Notes: generated from the sequence alone by a model not told the origin. A stretch of DNA of 64,000 nt from Eledone cirrhosa (GCA_964016885.1 OZ024745.1:56358001-56422000), one strand, 5' to 3'. Shown: positions 24,781 through 40,082, numbered from the stretch's first letter. Translations and numbers: made by a program.

Positions 24781-26758
24781 TATATAGTGGGTTATACCAA
24801 CAAATGCTACAGGATCTATTTCTTCTAGGTCTAATTTTGGTACTCTGTATATGCTACCTTATCGACAAATCCACTCCGAGCAAGAGCTTCATTGTAATAA
24901 GTGGAATGGTCGTTGAAAATATGCTCGTTAGTAGATAGGCGGGAAAGCCTCAACGAAACGTTTCTTACCAGGTTCTTGGTTATGCTGGCAGGATGGTTGG
25001 AATGCTTACTTATGTAATTAAGCGTATCATTCGGCTTTCTATACGGGTAATACAACCCATTCGATAAATTGAGGATAACGTCGAGGTAATTAACGACAGA
25101 GATTGGCCTCAACCTTTATAGAGAGGTTGAAGCCTTTAAAGAAGGCTGTGAGTTCTTTTCTGAACCTGTCGCAAGCACGAGGTCCGCACTTAGTCATGGT
25201 CAAAAGACCATCATCACGATACAAACCACCGCCCGCGTTGGGGAATTCGTCCTTGATAGAGAAAAGAAGGAAAAGGCCGATAAGATCAGTAACCTCCGCA
25301 GAATGGCTGGCGCCCATACTCACGTCGAATGGGGTACTATTGGATTTTTTAATCAAAATAGAGTCGTCGAAATTAATCACCGACTTACGGGTATTGAGGA
25401 TGACATCAACCTCGAAATCTTTAACCACTGTGAGCGTTTTAGCGAAATTGATAGCTCTAAGGAGAAGTGGTAAAGTGATGGAGGAGTAGTAATTGTTGAT
25501 GTCGAATTGGATAAAACGGCAATGTACCTTGTTGCATATGCCGTTGAACCAATCAATCACCGCGAAAGAATTGTTCCACAGTGCAAGAGGGGCCAAATTT
25601 CTAATTTCAGGTATAATTCTATCAAGAATCCTTTTACTAAGTCTACCTAAATCGGACTTCGTAGGGTTAATAAGCCGAATAGAGGGGTTGTTCGGAAAAT
25701 TCGATTTGTGATTCTTCAGGGTAAAGTGGGGAGAAATAGGGTCCAGAGGTTCGGTCCGGTCCAGGATTTTGAGATCAGAGGTGATTTTAAACCCAGCATC
25801 GTTGATTTCATTGATGACGCACCGATTAGTTTTACGGTAATCCTTAGTTACAGCATTATGTAGTAGTTGATGGTAAGTACTGCGCTCCACTTGATATATG
25901 TTGCCAGTTTTGTCGGAATGGACGTGAACGGCATTAGAATCCTTAATAGAACGAATTCTATTCTTCAGGTCCTGCTGGAAGGAATTGCTCCTATTCCGAA
26001 ATTTGATACTCCGTATGAGTTCCAAGACATCATTTTCGAAGGGTAGCAATGCTGGGTTACACGGGGTGTTATTATAGGTTTTAAACCCAAATTTATCCTG
26101 TTTGTTGTCTGCTTTTCGCGGATTATCGAAATAAAAGCACGCCAACGCAGCCTTTAATGAACGCGTCTGTTTTCTGTATCACGAGTTTTAGGTATGTTTT
26201 CCTGCTTGGTACGGGTATGTTCTTTGTGGAAATATTCAGATGTTGTTTATGCATGATGAATATAATGCAAAGAGGGCTCGATAAGGATGAATATATATCA
26301 AATATATAAGAACCGTAGAGCAAAAATATATATATATGACTATTGCGATAGTCATACGTTCAGGGCTAGTCAATATGCCAACATGTTATAAAGATAACAG
26401 AAAAAAATCCTTCGCGTATTTTACATAGCAACATAATTTCTTACTAACCTTTACTAGAGTGGTTGGTAAAGTTAAATATTGATATTCATGAACGCGGAAT
26501 ACATCTTTTTCTGTCTCCCTCTTTTCTAATATTAATGTTTATTCTTAAAGAATAAATGAGTGTAAAGGACTTTTTAGGTATCTAATTGCAACTGATATTA
26601 TTGCAATATATATATATATATATATAATTTTAATAAGGAATTAACTGACCAGGCTTGCGCAATCCACATTTTCGTCAAGAATATGACTAAATAGTCGTCG
26701 ACCACAGCGAAAGCTATATCATGAGTATATAAATAAACTTACATACAACTGCATATGG

Positions 26759-26831
<73 letters not shown>

Positions 26832-26838
<7 letters not shown>

Positions 26839-27010
26839 ATACTTGGGGAGGGTCATATTTGCGTAATATTGCCAGAATTAATAACAGAACACACTCACTG
26901 TTTGGTTGGTTTTCGCTTCTCGCTGTCTTTTATATCTGCGATCTAACTTACTCGGTCCTCAATGTTGCCATTGACTGACCGACGGTCAAAAATAATACAG
27001 ATACAATATC
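26832..27010 (-). mobile_element. PLE 3' terminal fragment in (TA)n
   Basis: Near-identical reverse complement of 219-397, flanked on both sides by (TA)n. Confidence 0.8.
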
Positions 27011-27039
<29 letters not shown>

Positions 27040-27054
<15 letters not shown>

Positions 27055-28575
27055 GGTAGATGTCTGTCTGTGTGTGTGTGTATGATTTTTATGCATTTCC
27101 ACATTTCTCTACCGATTTTGATGAATTTAAATTTACCAGGCCAAAATTTCCTGCTTCTATGAAAAAAAATCGATAAAACTAAATACATGCTGTAACCCTC
27201 TCTCTTACAAGCTTCATTCGTCTCACTACTACCATCAAAATATATGAAACTACATACATGTTGCAACTCTCTTTAAAAGGTTCATCTTTTCCTCTACTCC
27301 ACTCTTAATCTCCTCTGCAACTCTCTTTAACAGGTCCATCACTCTCTCTACTCACCCCTCAATCTCCTCTGCAACTCTCTTTAAAAGGTTAGTGCTTCCG
27401 TCTACTACTCTTTACAGTTTAGAACAACCACAAAACTTCTTTTGAAGGAACGCGACACAAACTTTGAAACCTAAGCAACAAACAGTCATAACGACACTCA
27501 TACATCAAATATCAAAATTTAAAAAGCCAATATTGCTCTCTCAACTTTACATTTTCCCCACTTACATTTTACATCAAATAACAAATATTCAAAAGCAACA
27601 GATGAATTTATAAAACAACAAACGTAACAATAACGACGCTTAAGCCTTTATTTACATGATTCTCAACAAAGACATAACATTTTATTGTTGTCTAATTTAT
27701 AATTTTCTTTCTTTCTTTTTCTCAATATGAGACAAAAAATTGAGAAAACTTTTTTCACGGGATTCTATTCAAAGTCGGGACAATTATTGCTTTTGGTCAG
27801 GAGAAGGTCATGAAGCAAAAATATTTCAAATCAATCAACAATAAGGGCAAAAATCGATCATGATCATTCCCCCTCTCTATAATTTAACTGCTTTACTCTC
27901 TCTGTCGCTCTTCACCCACAATATGACAACACTGCAGTGGAGCGTTCCGTATTTGCATACGGCTTATCTGGGACATTTTCAATCGGCTTATTGCAAATAA
28001 CAACACACAAAATAACACTTCATATAACAGATTAATGCTATAGACATATGAATCGGAATGTAACCCGTGAACCTTTTCCTGGGCAAAATTATTCGAACAG
28101 ACATGACCTCATTGGCAGAGTGTTCAGACTGAAACTGGCCAACTTTATGTCCCATGACCAACTTTATGTTGCCTCTTCCCGCGTAGGGAGCAGGAATTGA
28201 CTTTTTGCTTACACTCCTCAAGGGATGACATGCAATATCGTCTACAAAGAGGTGCTATATATGTTGGTGCAGGTGTTGAAGGTGTTGGAGCTATGCCGGC
28301 TGGAAAACTGTTAAGGTCACCCATAGCGGACAGATCTGACACCCAGCGGCATCAGGGCCAGCATCTTGCAACTTTGGTCTACTAAATTTACTATTGGAAG
28401 ATTATTAACCCATCATTGATTGTCCAAAATGCTAATTGGTTCGTAACTATTAATAACTGGTTCAACTGCTTTATGCACTTAATTGATAAGCTTATACGCT
28501 TTTAAGATACGTTTACCTGTATGTAACTTTTCATAGCAAATGAACAAACCCGAGCAACGCCGGGCTAAACTGGTA

Positions 28576-28577
<2 letters not shown>
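27040..28577 (+). mobile_element. Non-autonomous, internally deleted Helitron
   Basis: Rep fragment FPGQNYSNRHDLIGRVFRLKL (about 28077-28140), helicase end SHDQLYVASSRV...NIVYKEVL (28150-28257), and 3' hairpin CCCGAGCAACGCCGGG followed by GTAG-T (decayed CTAG). Confidence 0.85.
27263..27420. repeat. Minisatellite of about 54 bp (3 units) inside the Helitron
   Basis: GCAACTCTCTTTAA.AGGT repeated three times. Confidence 0.85.
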
Positions 28578-28651
<74 letters not shown>

Positions 28652-28707
28652 ATATTATATATATATATATTATATATATATATATACACTATAGACATAT
28701 ATATATT

Positions 28708-28890
28708 TAACGAAGGAGGTGTGGTAAGGAACCAGATGTGGTATCGCACCAGAGTACTCAATACTTAGGGTAGTAGAGTGGATAATAGGAAAATGTTTAA
28801 CCCCGACGGTAGAGCTCAAGTAGTTTCGACGGTTATTTCTGGACTAGCCGTCGAAACGGCTTGAGCTCTTTCGTCAGGGTTAAACCTTTA

Positions 28891-28894
<4 letters not shown>
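28708..28894. mobile_element. About 190-bp fold-back element in (TA)n, copy A
   Basis: Starts TAACGAAG..GTGGTAAGGAACCAG and ends in a hairpin of about 45 bp then CCTA(TA)n. Confidence 0.85.
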
Positions 28895-28963
<69 letters not shown>

Positions 28964-29073
28964 TGGTCTATCCTACGTACATTACTGTCGATTGATTCTA
29001 CTACGTTTTACACTTACTATCCCACGTACTCCGCTGAATTATGGTTTTATTAGTTTGAACTGGTATAATCCTG

Positions 29074-29124
<51 letters not shown>

Positions 29125-29511
29125 TATATACATATCCTCATTATACACAAAATATATTGTTTAAATATCGTATACAAGACTCAAAAGACAAAAACATATC
29201 AATTGACGATGAAACAAATTCGAATCAAAACGAAATCAATTATATCCATTAATAAATCAAAGATCAACAAGAAACATTATAACCGTAAGTAAGATATAGG
29301 AGGAATTAAGTAGCGTATGTTTAACCTTCTCCATATAAAAGTAATGCTATACTTTTTTCAGAAGTACATTTAATCTCCAAAATGAAAATCCAATTAAAAT
29401 GGAACCTTGAACCAAGGAAGAATAGATTGAAGTGTTGCGTTCTTATTACACAGCAATCCTCTCCAATCAACAAAGGAATCCATGTATGTTCTTTCTACCA
29501 GCTAGAAATAT

Positions 29512-29682
29512 AAGTCAGATATCTCTCAAATGACATCCAAATGTGTTAAACGAAGAAAGGATATATCAGATAATTGTTTCTACTTTTGGCACAAGGCCAG
29601 CAATTATCCCAGTTAAAGTTAAAGTTAACCTCGACGGGATTTGAACTCAGTCCGTAAAGGGACGTAATTGTGCTGCAAAGCA
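29512..29682 (-). mobile_element. tRNA-derived SINE with internal deletion
   Basis: SINE tail and B box present. Confidence 0.75.
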
Positions 29683-29749
29683 CATTAAAGGAGGCGTACG
29701 ACTTTTGAGAAATATAAAACGAAGTAGTTAGTAAAAACTGTAAATTAAA

Positions 29750-30600
29750 TCATACCAGCTAATGCTGTTATATCATAGCGATCAATACCATAACAAAATG
29801 AAGTAGAACAACATGGAATAGGCACTCACAATAAATCTATGAAATACAATAAATAGGAAATAAATAGCGCTACACAGAATACGAAAAACAGAGGCAGAGT
29901 CGAAAGAACCAAACTGGTCTGGATCTAGAGTCAGACCATTCTCCATCAACCGTGACCAAAAGTATATTATGACTGTAAAGAGGAAGTTGATCACGAGCTG
30001 TGATATTGCAGAAGATATCGATGCGAGGAAAACAAACAACGCAACATAAGCCTTGGAATATATCAGAGTAACACTTTTTACACTCTACTCTCTGCCTAGT
30101 CGTTAACAAATGGAAGTAATATATGTCAATAACTTAAAGGACTTGTAGATAAGTTAGAATTTGGTCATATATTCAACAACGATATGTAAATGTGTATATG
30201 ATCAAAGATATTGTAAGAAAAGAGAAATAAACAGTGACATAAATCAGAAGCAGCGAAACAAAACTATTTAGAAGATCTAATTCCTACGATAAACAAACGA
30301 ACTAATGGATAAATTATAAGGCACACTTAGTTAACAAGACGCCGCCTTTCCCAGTTATAAATGACAGTTTTGGCGTAAAAATGTGTAATCTAGACAAAAT
30401 ATCTAGGAACAATGATCCGAATCTGGAAAACACTACATGGAAAATGATATCGAAAAAAAAAAAAATAAACCTTACACACCGGAGGACAGTTTTATACAAA
30501 AAAAGGAAATAATACAAAATAACAGTTGGACTTAGAGTAAAATTGAAGCCGCAAGCTAAGGGAAATTGATTAGTATAAGATGGGAATAAGAAGTAAACAA
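29750..30600 (+). pseudogene. Highly decayed non-LTR RT relic
   Basis: Scattered motif-like remnants only (NQTG..S near 29910, VGLRV near 30525); no open frame. Confidence 0.3.
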
Positions 30601-32098
30601 ACACTGTACATTATATATCCGGCAACAATAAACTACAATTCAGAAGAAAACTACATAGAATGAGAAAACAACAGAGTTTAAAAATTGACAAAAATCAAAA
30701 TTGGGACAACTGTATCTAATTTTTATTCACATTGTTCATAGTGATTAATAACTGAACGTAACATATATATAGATATCATATCCTGAATCGTACATCACAC
30801 AGCGAAGAAATTAAGTAGGTCTCTCTCTTTATTTATTTCTCTATCTCTCTCTCTTTATATATATATATACATTCAATAACACACAGAGTTATAAACATGT
30901 ATACATTTGTGTGTGTGTGTTTTGTGTGTGTTTTGTGTGTGTGTGTGTGTGTGTGTGTGTCCGTGTGTGTTTGTCTTCCGTAACTTAGGAGTTAATCAGA
31001 AAGAGTTCGATAAAATAATGAATAAACTTGAGAATTATGTACCGGGGTCAATATGTTCCACTAAACCTCTTCAATGAATGCCTTGTCACAGCATAGTCTC
31101 TGGCTTATTACTGAAGTCTATAAAAAATTAGAAGATTAAAACAATAGTTTCTTGGGACTGTTTTGAAATATAGTCAAATTCATAATTAAATTAACAATAC
31201 TTATAAAATCCTCGACCTTCACACTATACCACCAATATATATTGCAGCGATATTACGTAGATTACATTTCAGAAAGTTAAAAGTATACGATACAAAAAAC
31301 ACAAATACTGCAGGCCACTAATATACAACGCATTACGCTCGTTTGTAAAGTGAAATATCACAATATAAATGAGGGTCCAGAAAATATTAATAACGAAAAA
31401 GCACTAATCAGTTTAGATATAGAACCAGAGACACGGAAATTAGACGAAACACAGACTGACAAATACTAAAGAATTAATGAACCAGACTGAACTAAATGAA
31501 AAGAAATATTAATTATATCTAACATACACCACTCAATGTTGGGTACAGACTGATTAAATTTTCCACGGATACAGACAGCTGGTGGGTTTCAAAATTAGAA
31601 CATTATTATTATGTATCTATTGTTTGACTTTAAAAAAATATTCTAAATAATAATTGTGGCACATATGAACAGCCTCAAAATGCAACAATCGTTTATTCTG
31701 CTTTGTATTGCTGTTTTATTGCAGTATGTTATAAGTGAGTGCAATATAGTAATTATTTAGAGATACTGACTACATCATTTTCAGTAAGTAGAAGAAATAA
31801 AACAAAAACAACATAATGCAGAAATTGTAGGACGAAAACGGTTTGAAGAGAATGGAAAAACATGAACCAAAATTTAAAAAAATCTGAAAGACGTCTTCTA
31901 TAATATAACTAACAGACAAATGGCAATCAAAACATTCATACATTCTAGAAATCCAAAAGGAAGATATAAAATTGATAGATAGAAAGACTCTGATCGTATC
32001 CATCATCATATATTATTGGTATGAAGAAAAAGAACAGCGACAACAAAAAAAAACAATACAAACAATTGTAACGTAATAATCTGTTGACTCTTTATAAC

Positions 32099-32289
32099 AA
32101 TAATTGTTTCTACATTTGGCACAAGGCCAGCAATTACCCAGTACATTACTGGTACTTTATTTTATCGACCCCGTAAGGATGAAAGGCAAAGTTAACCTCG
32201 ACGGGATTTGAACTCAGACCATAAAGGGACGTAACTATGCTGGAAAACATGGCGTCCGACTCTCTACCGATACTGCCAATCCACCGCCA
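32099..32289 (-). mobile_element. Full-length tRNA-derived SINE
   Basis: Complete head-to-tail match to 19785-19978. Confidence 0.92.
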
Positions 32290-34699
32290 TATAATTAGAT
32301 AAAATAAGATCTACATATTATCCATCTAAATACTGCCATATCATTTGTTTGTTGGTAATTTATAAATTGCTCCTTAAAGTATAAGCTAGCAGGTAAATTC
32401 ATTAAGAAAATAAATAAATAACAAGCTTACCCAAGGGATATAATTAATAATAATATCGATAATGGTTATGGTAGTGATAATTAGGAGGATGATCAGTATA
32501 ATGATGAAAGTATAATGATGTTGATGATGGTGGTGATGATGATGATGATGATGATGATTATGATAAGGTAGAGGAATGATGGGGAAGATGATGATGGTGA
32601 TGATGATGATGATGATGATGATGATGTTTATGATAAGGTAGAGGGATGATGGGGAAGATGATGATGATGGTGGTGATGTCGACGATGATGATGATTATGA
32701 TAAGGAGGAGGAGGAGGATGTAAAGGAATGATGGGGAAGACGATGATGATAAAGATATTCATATAGAAATGTGCAAAAATCAAACAAACAAACAGACATA
32801 ATTTTGTTATTATAGTCAAATGCAGGGCCAAAACACGTTAACAGTAATGTAAGCACCTTACCAGAAACAGAGATAGAATATATAATGCAATAATCCATGG
32901 CAAACGACCAAATTTCTGGTTTTATATATGAAAGATAAACTGTAGCCAAATCTCGCTCAAATCACATTCAAGTTTTGCGGAAAAACATTAGATTTTTAGT
33001 AGTTTGTTTATCTAAAATACAGAATGGTTATTATTAGAAAGGCTATGAACGGTTATATAGCAGGTTATATAGCAGGTTATATAGCAGGTTTAGAAGGGGG
33101 CTAAATAACAACATATGTAATGCTTTAAATTCTACGATTTGATGTGGTTTCATATCTATTAATATTTATCCTCTGAGTAGAGTTAGAATTATTCAAATTG
33201 TGTGCGGGCATGGGTGAGCGACAGGTAAATTCCCTTCGCACCACATCGTTTCTGATTCAATACACTGCATGTACATCTGTGGGGAAGTTTCCTCAACCAT
33301 ACACTTTGGTCAATCAAAATATCTTAAATGAAATCTGATTGATAGAATCCGCGTAGAAAACCTCTCGAAATATCATTTATTTCCTTCGCTTAATCCACTG
33401 ACCCACCAAATATCACAACCTGGATATTCGATCTCTTTATTGGAGTATATCCACGTTCTTCTCTCTAGCTTTGGAAAAATCTTGAAAAGCGATGTCATTC
33501 TAAGTCATTTAAAAGAAAATATATATATAATATCCCTGGTATTTAAGTTCACCCTTAGTTTATATATTTAAATTTACAAAATATTTAATGAGATTAATAT
33601 CCCATAACGCACAGATGTTTTACCTCCGTATATACACGTTTATTCCAGTATTCATTTCAGTTTTGAACTAGATACATTTATTTTGAAACGAAGAATATTA
33701 ATTTTCGTACTCATTGTTATACGGGAAAATATGGATACTTCAAGCTAAGAAATCTGAAAATTAGCAGAAATCAGCCCGATCAATATGTAGTCTAAATATC
33801 CCTTACAGTCTAAAGATAGATATCCGTATCTAAAGTTACCGCTTGTAAGACTTGCTTCCAACATACTGACTGATGAGATTACAGAAAAAGTGTAAACTAA
33901 CCAAGCATGTATAGCAGTAATGAATCCTTACCCTTAAATACGCTTAATGCAGAAAATACTAGGAAACATTCTTAATCACAACAGGTTGATATAAGATTGT
34001 TTTGTCAGGAATAAAAATGGCAGTAGTAAAAGAATAATTTAATTGATTTACTCAGATACGTGGAAGGACCTCCATGAACAAAAATGCACGCTCATGCACG
34101 CCCGTTATAACAGTAGAGAAGAACGAAAAACAAAATAACAAAGTAAACAGGACCAATTTATTCTAACTCAACGAGGGAAAAATCCACGGATATTGGAGTA
34201 TGAATTTAAAATATAGATATTTTTAAGTGTAAATACAAATCTATTAAATAAAAGTGTCCCTTAAAATGAGCAATAGCAAACAATCTTCCCATAAATTGTT
34301 CCAGATTGATAGCTTCCAGCTTCGAAGTACCGAAATAATGGTGATAGCTAATTTGTCAATGTGAACCTTCCCTCACTATCTTTAATAATGTACAAAATAT
34401 GTTTATTACTCTAACAAATATGATCCTTAAATGTACTCACTTCCTTACCTTTTAATTTTACCGCATGTTTTCATTAACTGTACCAAACAAACCCCTTAAT
34501 TATATAAATTCTTTTAAAGTTCTCTCTCTGTACACTTTCACATCGGTGAATAAATGGAAATATTTTCAATGCACCGTACAATTTGGCAGACCTAAGATTT
34601 TTATTGAGTCAAGTTAAAAGTTAAATATTGCAACAATTCAAGGAAATAAAACCGGACTAAAATATTTCTTTGCTTTGAGGAATTCAGAATAGAGATGAG

Positions 34700-35082
34700 T
34701 ATACTTTTTAAGACATCATTACTTACTTGAAAGAATACACACAATATTCTACAGGATATTTTATAATCCATAGATACATACAAAATTGCCAATAATGGAA
34801 CTAACATAACGAAATATTGGGCAGAGATGTAAAGAAAAACTATCAGCCAAAACACAAACAGCAAGATGGGTTGCAACAACGTTTTGTTTTGAAACACAGA
34901 CCGGAGATACGACACAAAATCCTCACAGAAACTCGCTCAGAACAGCTCACTCATTCATAAATTTGCAGATTCCACATTAGAGACATAAGCCGCAAAACAC
35001 ACTTATCTGACACTTTAATGGAAGTCACAACACACCACTTCCAGGCCAGAATCGGTTTCACCAGCTATCTTAGGACACATAA
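34700..35082 (+). pseudogene. Decayed RTE-BovB-type 3' end
   Basis: 35039-35080 translates as FQARIGFTSYLRTH, like the terminal zinc-finger tail of BovB-type RTEs. Confidence 0.5.
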
Positions 35083-36223
35083 TTCACAATCATTCAAGTT
35101 GCCACAGTCAGAATTATTTCGAACCGTTAGACAAATAAGTAATACACAACTGCCAAAATGCCATACCGTAAGATAGAACAACGATCACATAATTAAGAAC
35201 AAAGCTTGTCATGCTTGCATTCACATTGCAACGTATCTCATATATTGGATCCTCATCAAAAGACCTGTATATCAACCAATCAGTCACAAGGAAACATATA
35301 TTACACTTCGGCTGCTAGCGGACTTATATAGGTGGTTATATATATATGAATAATTGATATGAGATTATTTCGTTTTATTTAACTTACACATATGCAGCGT
35401 ATTCGAATCATCCAATGTCAGGAGGACATATGTACCATACCGTTTTGATTATTTTTAGATACAAGACCTGGATTGAAAGTTGGCAAAAGTTAGGTCTCTA
35501 TGAATGGCACGTCATGACAATGCACTGGTGTGAACTCGCATGACTAGTACTCACCAAAATATATTTACATTGATATTAATACATCAAAATTGAAATCTAT
35601 GAAAACAAATATACAACATGAAAATAATTTTTTCATTACAGTAATGCACTTTTCCATTTAAGTTTTGAATATACTTGAATTTTTGTCTTATATTAATTCC
35701 TGCGTTATTGGTTTACATTGATATCTCATAATGCATGTGTCTAGCAGGTTGTGCGGAAACGGAGTGGCTTCTTATTTTTGTAGTGTACCCTATTAGTCTC
35801 GATAAATATAGCCTAAAAATGCGCAAATGTATTCCAGCCATGGTATTCTTGTACTGCTATGGATGATTGAAGGAGGATGTTAAACATTCCGATATGACTT
35901 GAGGGAAGTGTAACTATTATTTCCATAACGTAGTGGCGAACTATCTTGTCGGTCTATTTGTTATATCACCTATGTTAGTGGTGTAAATATAAAACTATTG
36001 TTTTGCCCCGACAAACTGAAGCAGTTTACCCAAGCTTTGAGGTAAAATTCTATATATGAACACTTTATATACTCACGTACATAGATCGCTATTAAGCAAT
36101 CCGCAAATAAAGCATCCCCTGCCTCTATGTATGTATATATGTATATATGTGTGAGTTTATATGTTTATTTGTGCATGCATGCATGTATGTATATATATTT
36201 GTATGACAGCATATCTCTCTGTT

Positions 36224-36675
<452 letters not shown>

Positions 36676-36829
36676 GTACATATCTATTTATCATGATATC
36701 TATTATGGTTTCCCCATTTCACTGTCTCACTCTGTCTTTTGTCTTTCCAACTTCGTCGCACCCTACACGTATGTTATGCATATATATAGATAAATGTATG
36801 CGCACGTGTATGTATATGACTGAGAAACC

Positions 36830-36906
<77 letters not shown>

Positions 36907-37394
36907 TGTGATGGTGAGTGAAACTGAGAGAAAGAGCGAGAGAAAATGAGTGGGAGAGAGAGAGAGAGAGAGGGGTACGCAAGAATGATGATATGTTTAT
37001 CAGTATATGGGTGTGTATGTGTGTCGATCTATTTAAGTTGCCAGCTATGTAGAGGATATTAATCTATCATTGGCTACTATCTGTAATAATATAACTATCC
37101 TGTTGCCTCTATCTAAAAGATTGAGATGAGGTCATTCCTAAAATGGTATTAATATATTCGCCATATGAATATAATATATCAATGAATAAGTAGATGAATA
37201 AATCAAAATGCACAATTGACCTATCATATTAAAGATGAGCGATTGTTAATCTGCAGGGAAATAAAGAAATCACTATTACGCTTACACACGCAAACGCAAA
37301 CACACACATACGCACATTCACATACACAATTCAAACACAGACACACACACACAGACACACACACAGACACGCACACACACACACACACGCACTT

Positions 37395-37426
<32 letters not shown>

Positions 37427-37544
37427 TTCATTATATGAAAGCCTGACGGTCAACATTAAACCATTTCCTTGGTTGATTTAATTTAAATTCAGTAGGCTCG
37501 GTTTAATTACTTTCCTTTGTCCCCTACCTCATCGCGGCGAGGTA

Positions 37545-37611
<67 letters not shown>

Positions 37612-38453
37612 GAGAGAGAGAGAGGAGGATATACTGTGAAAAGAACCCAGAATAACCATAAGAGAGAGTTCGTGGAGCTTCAGCTTTGTTTAAAAGTTAA
37701 TTAAAAGAGGCGATACTTGTTGTTTTATAGGTTATAGTAAAATTTGTGTGCCTCTGTCTACAGAGTTTTATGAGATGATTATACTAAAGTTCTATTTTCT
37801 TCTATACATCTGTGTCTGTATTTGGATGAATGTTTGATTGTGCTTGAGTGTTTTTGTATATCTGTGTGATTGTCCTCTATGGTTCTGTGTTCTATAGTAT
37901 GTATTTGTATCATTGATGTATGATTTATATGTGCGAATCAGTGTCACAATTCATAAGTGCTGTTTGTTAAGTAAGTTTATTAATGCGAATCTTCTAGTCT
38001 ATAAACTATGGTACGGATTATAGAATCTTTGTATTGGTATTTTTAATTGTGTATGCCTCAATATAATACTGCACATCTCTCTCCGTATTAAAGTATGTTC
38101 ATATGTTTTCTGTTGAATTGCTTTTGGTGAGGCGCATGTCACTATGTTTATAGGTGCGAGTTCTGTTTTTATACTAACGTAACGTACACGCTATTTGTTT
38201 CCTTTATTCGGTTGTTAATATGTTGCGTAGTAGGAGATTGAATGTATATGAAATTTACAGATTGTTTTTCAGAATACTGCGTATCATTTTAAAGTTTATT
38301 TCTATTGGTTTTTTTTTTGTTGGGAAGTAGTATTCATGTGCTGCCTTTAAAATTAGAAACTGGGTTAAGTTTACTGATGTGTCTATTACTATGATCTTTG
38401 CTATTTGTATTTTCATATAGTTGGATATTTTTATTAATAGTTTTGTGATAGTA

Positions 38454-39395
38454 TACGAGGTTTTTCCGAAAAGGAACGGTACTGATGTATATTAGACGTA
38501 CAAGAAATTACAAATCATTTTCAAAATACGATTATTTGGTAAGTCCCGTTCCAAGACATATTTTTAGAAATATTCTGGAGGTAACAATCTTTTGTGAATA
38601 ATAACGGGGCTTTCAAAAAAAAAAAAAAAGAAATTATATATATAAGAAATATGATAATCAGCCTTTTCATCCTAGATCTACTCTTGCGTACGTTCTTCAG
38701 ACGACGAGAATCTTTCGTGTGCCACTCATCATTTTGCAACTTTGTCTATGGATCGTACTTAAACATCCATGATTCATCCCCTTTTATTACTTCATCCAAT
38801 AAATTAGGCTCAATTTTGAGTTCTTTTAGTAAATCCTGACTAATTTCCAACCACTTCGTATTTTGCTCTACAAATGCACAAATGTTTTGCATGAGCAAAA
38901 TATCGTTTAAAATTCTGTGAACTGCATTTCTATCCTCGCCCGTTTCTTTTGCATCCATCTTAACACTTAATCGAAGATATTTCGCCATCACAGCTCGTAC
39001 TTCTACATTTTTTTCATTTCTTAAAGAGATTCGCTTTCCAAACCGAGTTTCCTCTTCAACAATTGTGCCACTTTAAAGCCTTATTTCTCGATGGAGTGGC
39101 ATGTCCATAAACTTGCGATAAAGAACTAAATATTTCACTGGCAGATTTGTTGAAATTCAGATAAAATTTGATCGTGTACCAATGTTCAATATTTTCCTGC
39201 ATCGCAAACATAACAGAGTGTATAAACACATATGTACATAAATAGCACTGACTCACAACTAACACAGTGCTGCAACAAGTATGTTCGTGCATCCAAGTTC
39301 ATAAACATCACGCCTTTATATATCAATGAGGTGCTGCTTTACTCTGTCGTACATAGGCAAATCAGTGCAACTTACGTTTGGGACGACCCTTTTAC
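38454..39395 (-). mobile_element. Decayed mariner-family element
   Basis: TIKFYLNFNKSASEIF...VYG...KWH helix-turn-helix and IKGDESWMFKYDP. Degenerate TIRs TACGAGG...GGTACTGA / TCAGTGC...GACCCTTTTA. Confidence 0.8.
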
Positions 39396-40082
39396 ACGCG
39401 CATTGTTGAAAGTAATATGTTATTAAATTGCATTATTATAAACTTTTCATGGAGGTGGCTGTGCAGTGGAATGTCATTTTCACTGGAGTTGTTACATGTT
39501 TATCTGACCATAGTATGGCCTACGCGAGTATAGTTTGGCTATGAAAGTGAAAGATATATTTTGTGATTTCCTTGAAGATCTAGCGTAGAAGAGTTTACGG
39601 TGTTTCTATTAAAGATATCATTTTAGCAGCGATGTATCAAAAGGAACGTGTTTGTAAGTATCAAGAAGCATGGTGGTAGGGATGAATGGTGTAACAAACT
39701 TTTCTATATTAGGGGAGAACCAAATTATTTTTTGAGAACGTTGCTAACGAGGAGAACCACTTATAATCTTTTGCCTCTCAACAAAGAAAAATCCGAAGAC
39801 TCGACCAAATTACCAATGATGTCTACAAGAAAAATTATACTCTCCCAACTGCATTGAAATATAATCACAAAGATAAAATTCCACATTTGCAACCCATTCA
39901 TTGAAGAAGCAATAAGTAGTTTGTAAGTCAATGAACTTCTATTGAACAATTAAATTGAAATCGTCACAGTGTGCAAACTAGATTTATAAAACTCAATATA
40001 ATTCTAACTGATGTGATATGTCCTCTGGTAATCCTCATCTCATTCAAATCAATACGATCTTATTTTGTCCGATCTTGTTGTG

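Larger units (their letters stand above)
23165..26580 (-). mobile_element. Near full-length Penelope-like element, Naiad type (RT + GIY-YIG), frameshifted
   Basis: N-terminal NISTKNIPVPS; RT motifs RLINPTKS, FIQFDI..YYSSI, FDVSMGA, GLYRDDGL, NYLDV, PYRKPN; then WYNP, KHFPPTHKYSKIFNRNT, CNCRNRVDCSLSGKCL, IVYKC...AYIGLT, LNKKSE..SACKH. Outer boundaries are approximate. Confidence 0.9.

Noticed and set aside
26640-26725. CTGACCA...AGC-GAAA-GCTA-TA near the PLE 5' end
   Set aside because: Core G8 absent and stem I unpaired; cannot be supported as an HHR.
37620-39960. Possible decayed PLE on the minus strand surrounding the mariner
   Set aside because: Only compositional resemblance and vague motif traces; no alignable frame by eye.
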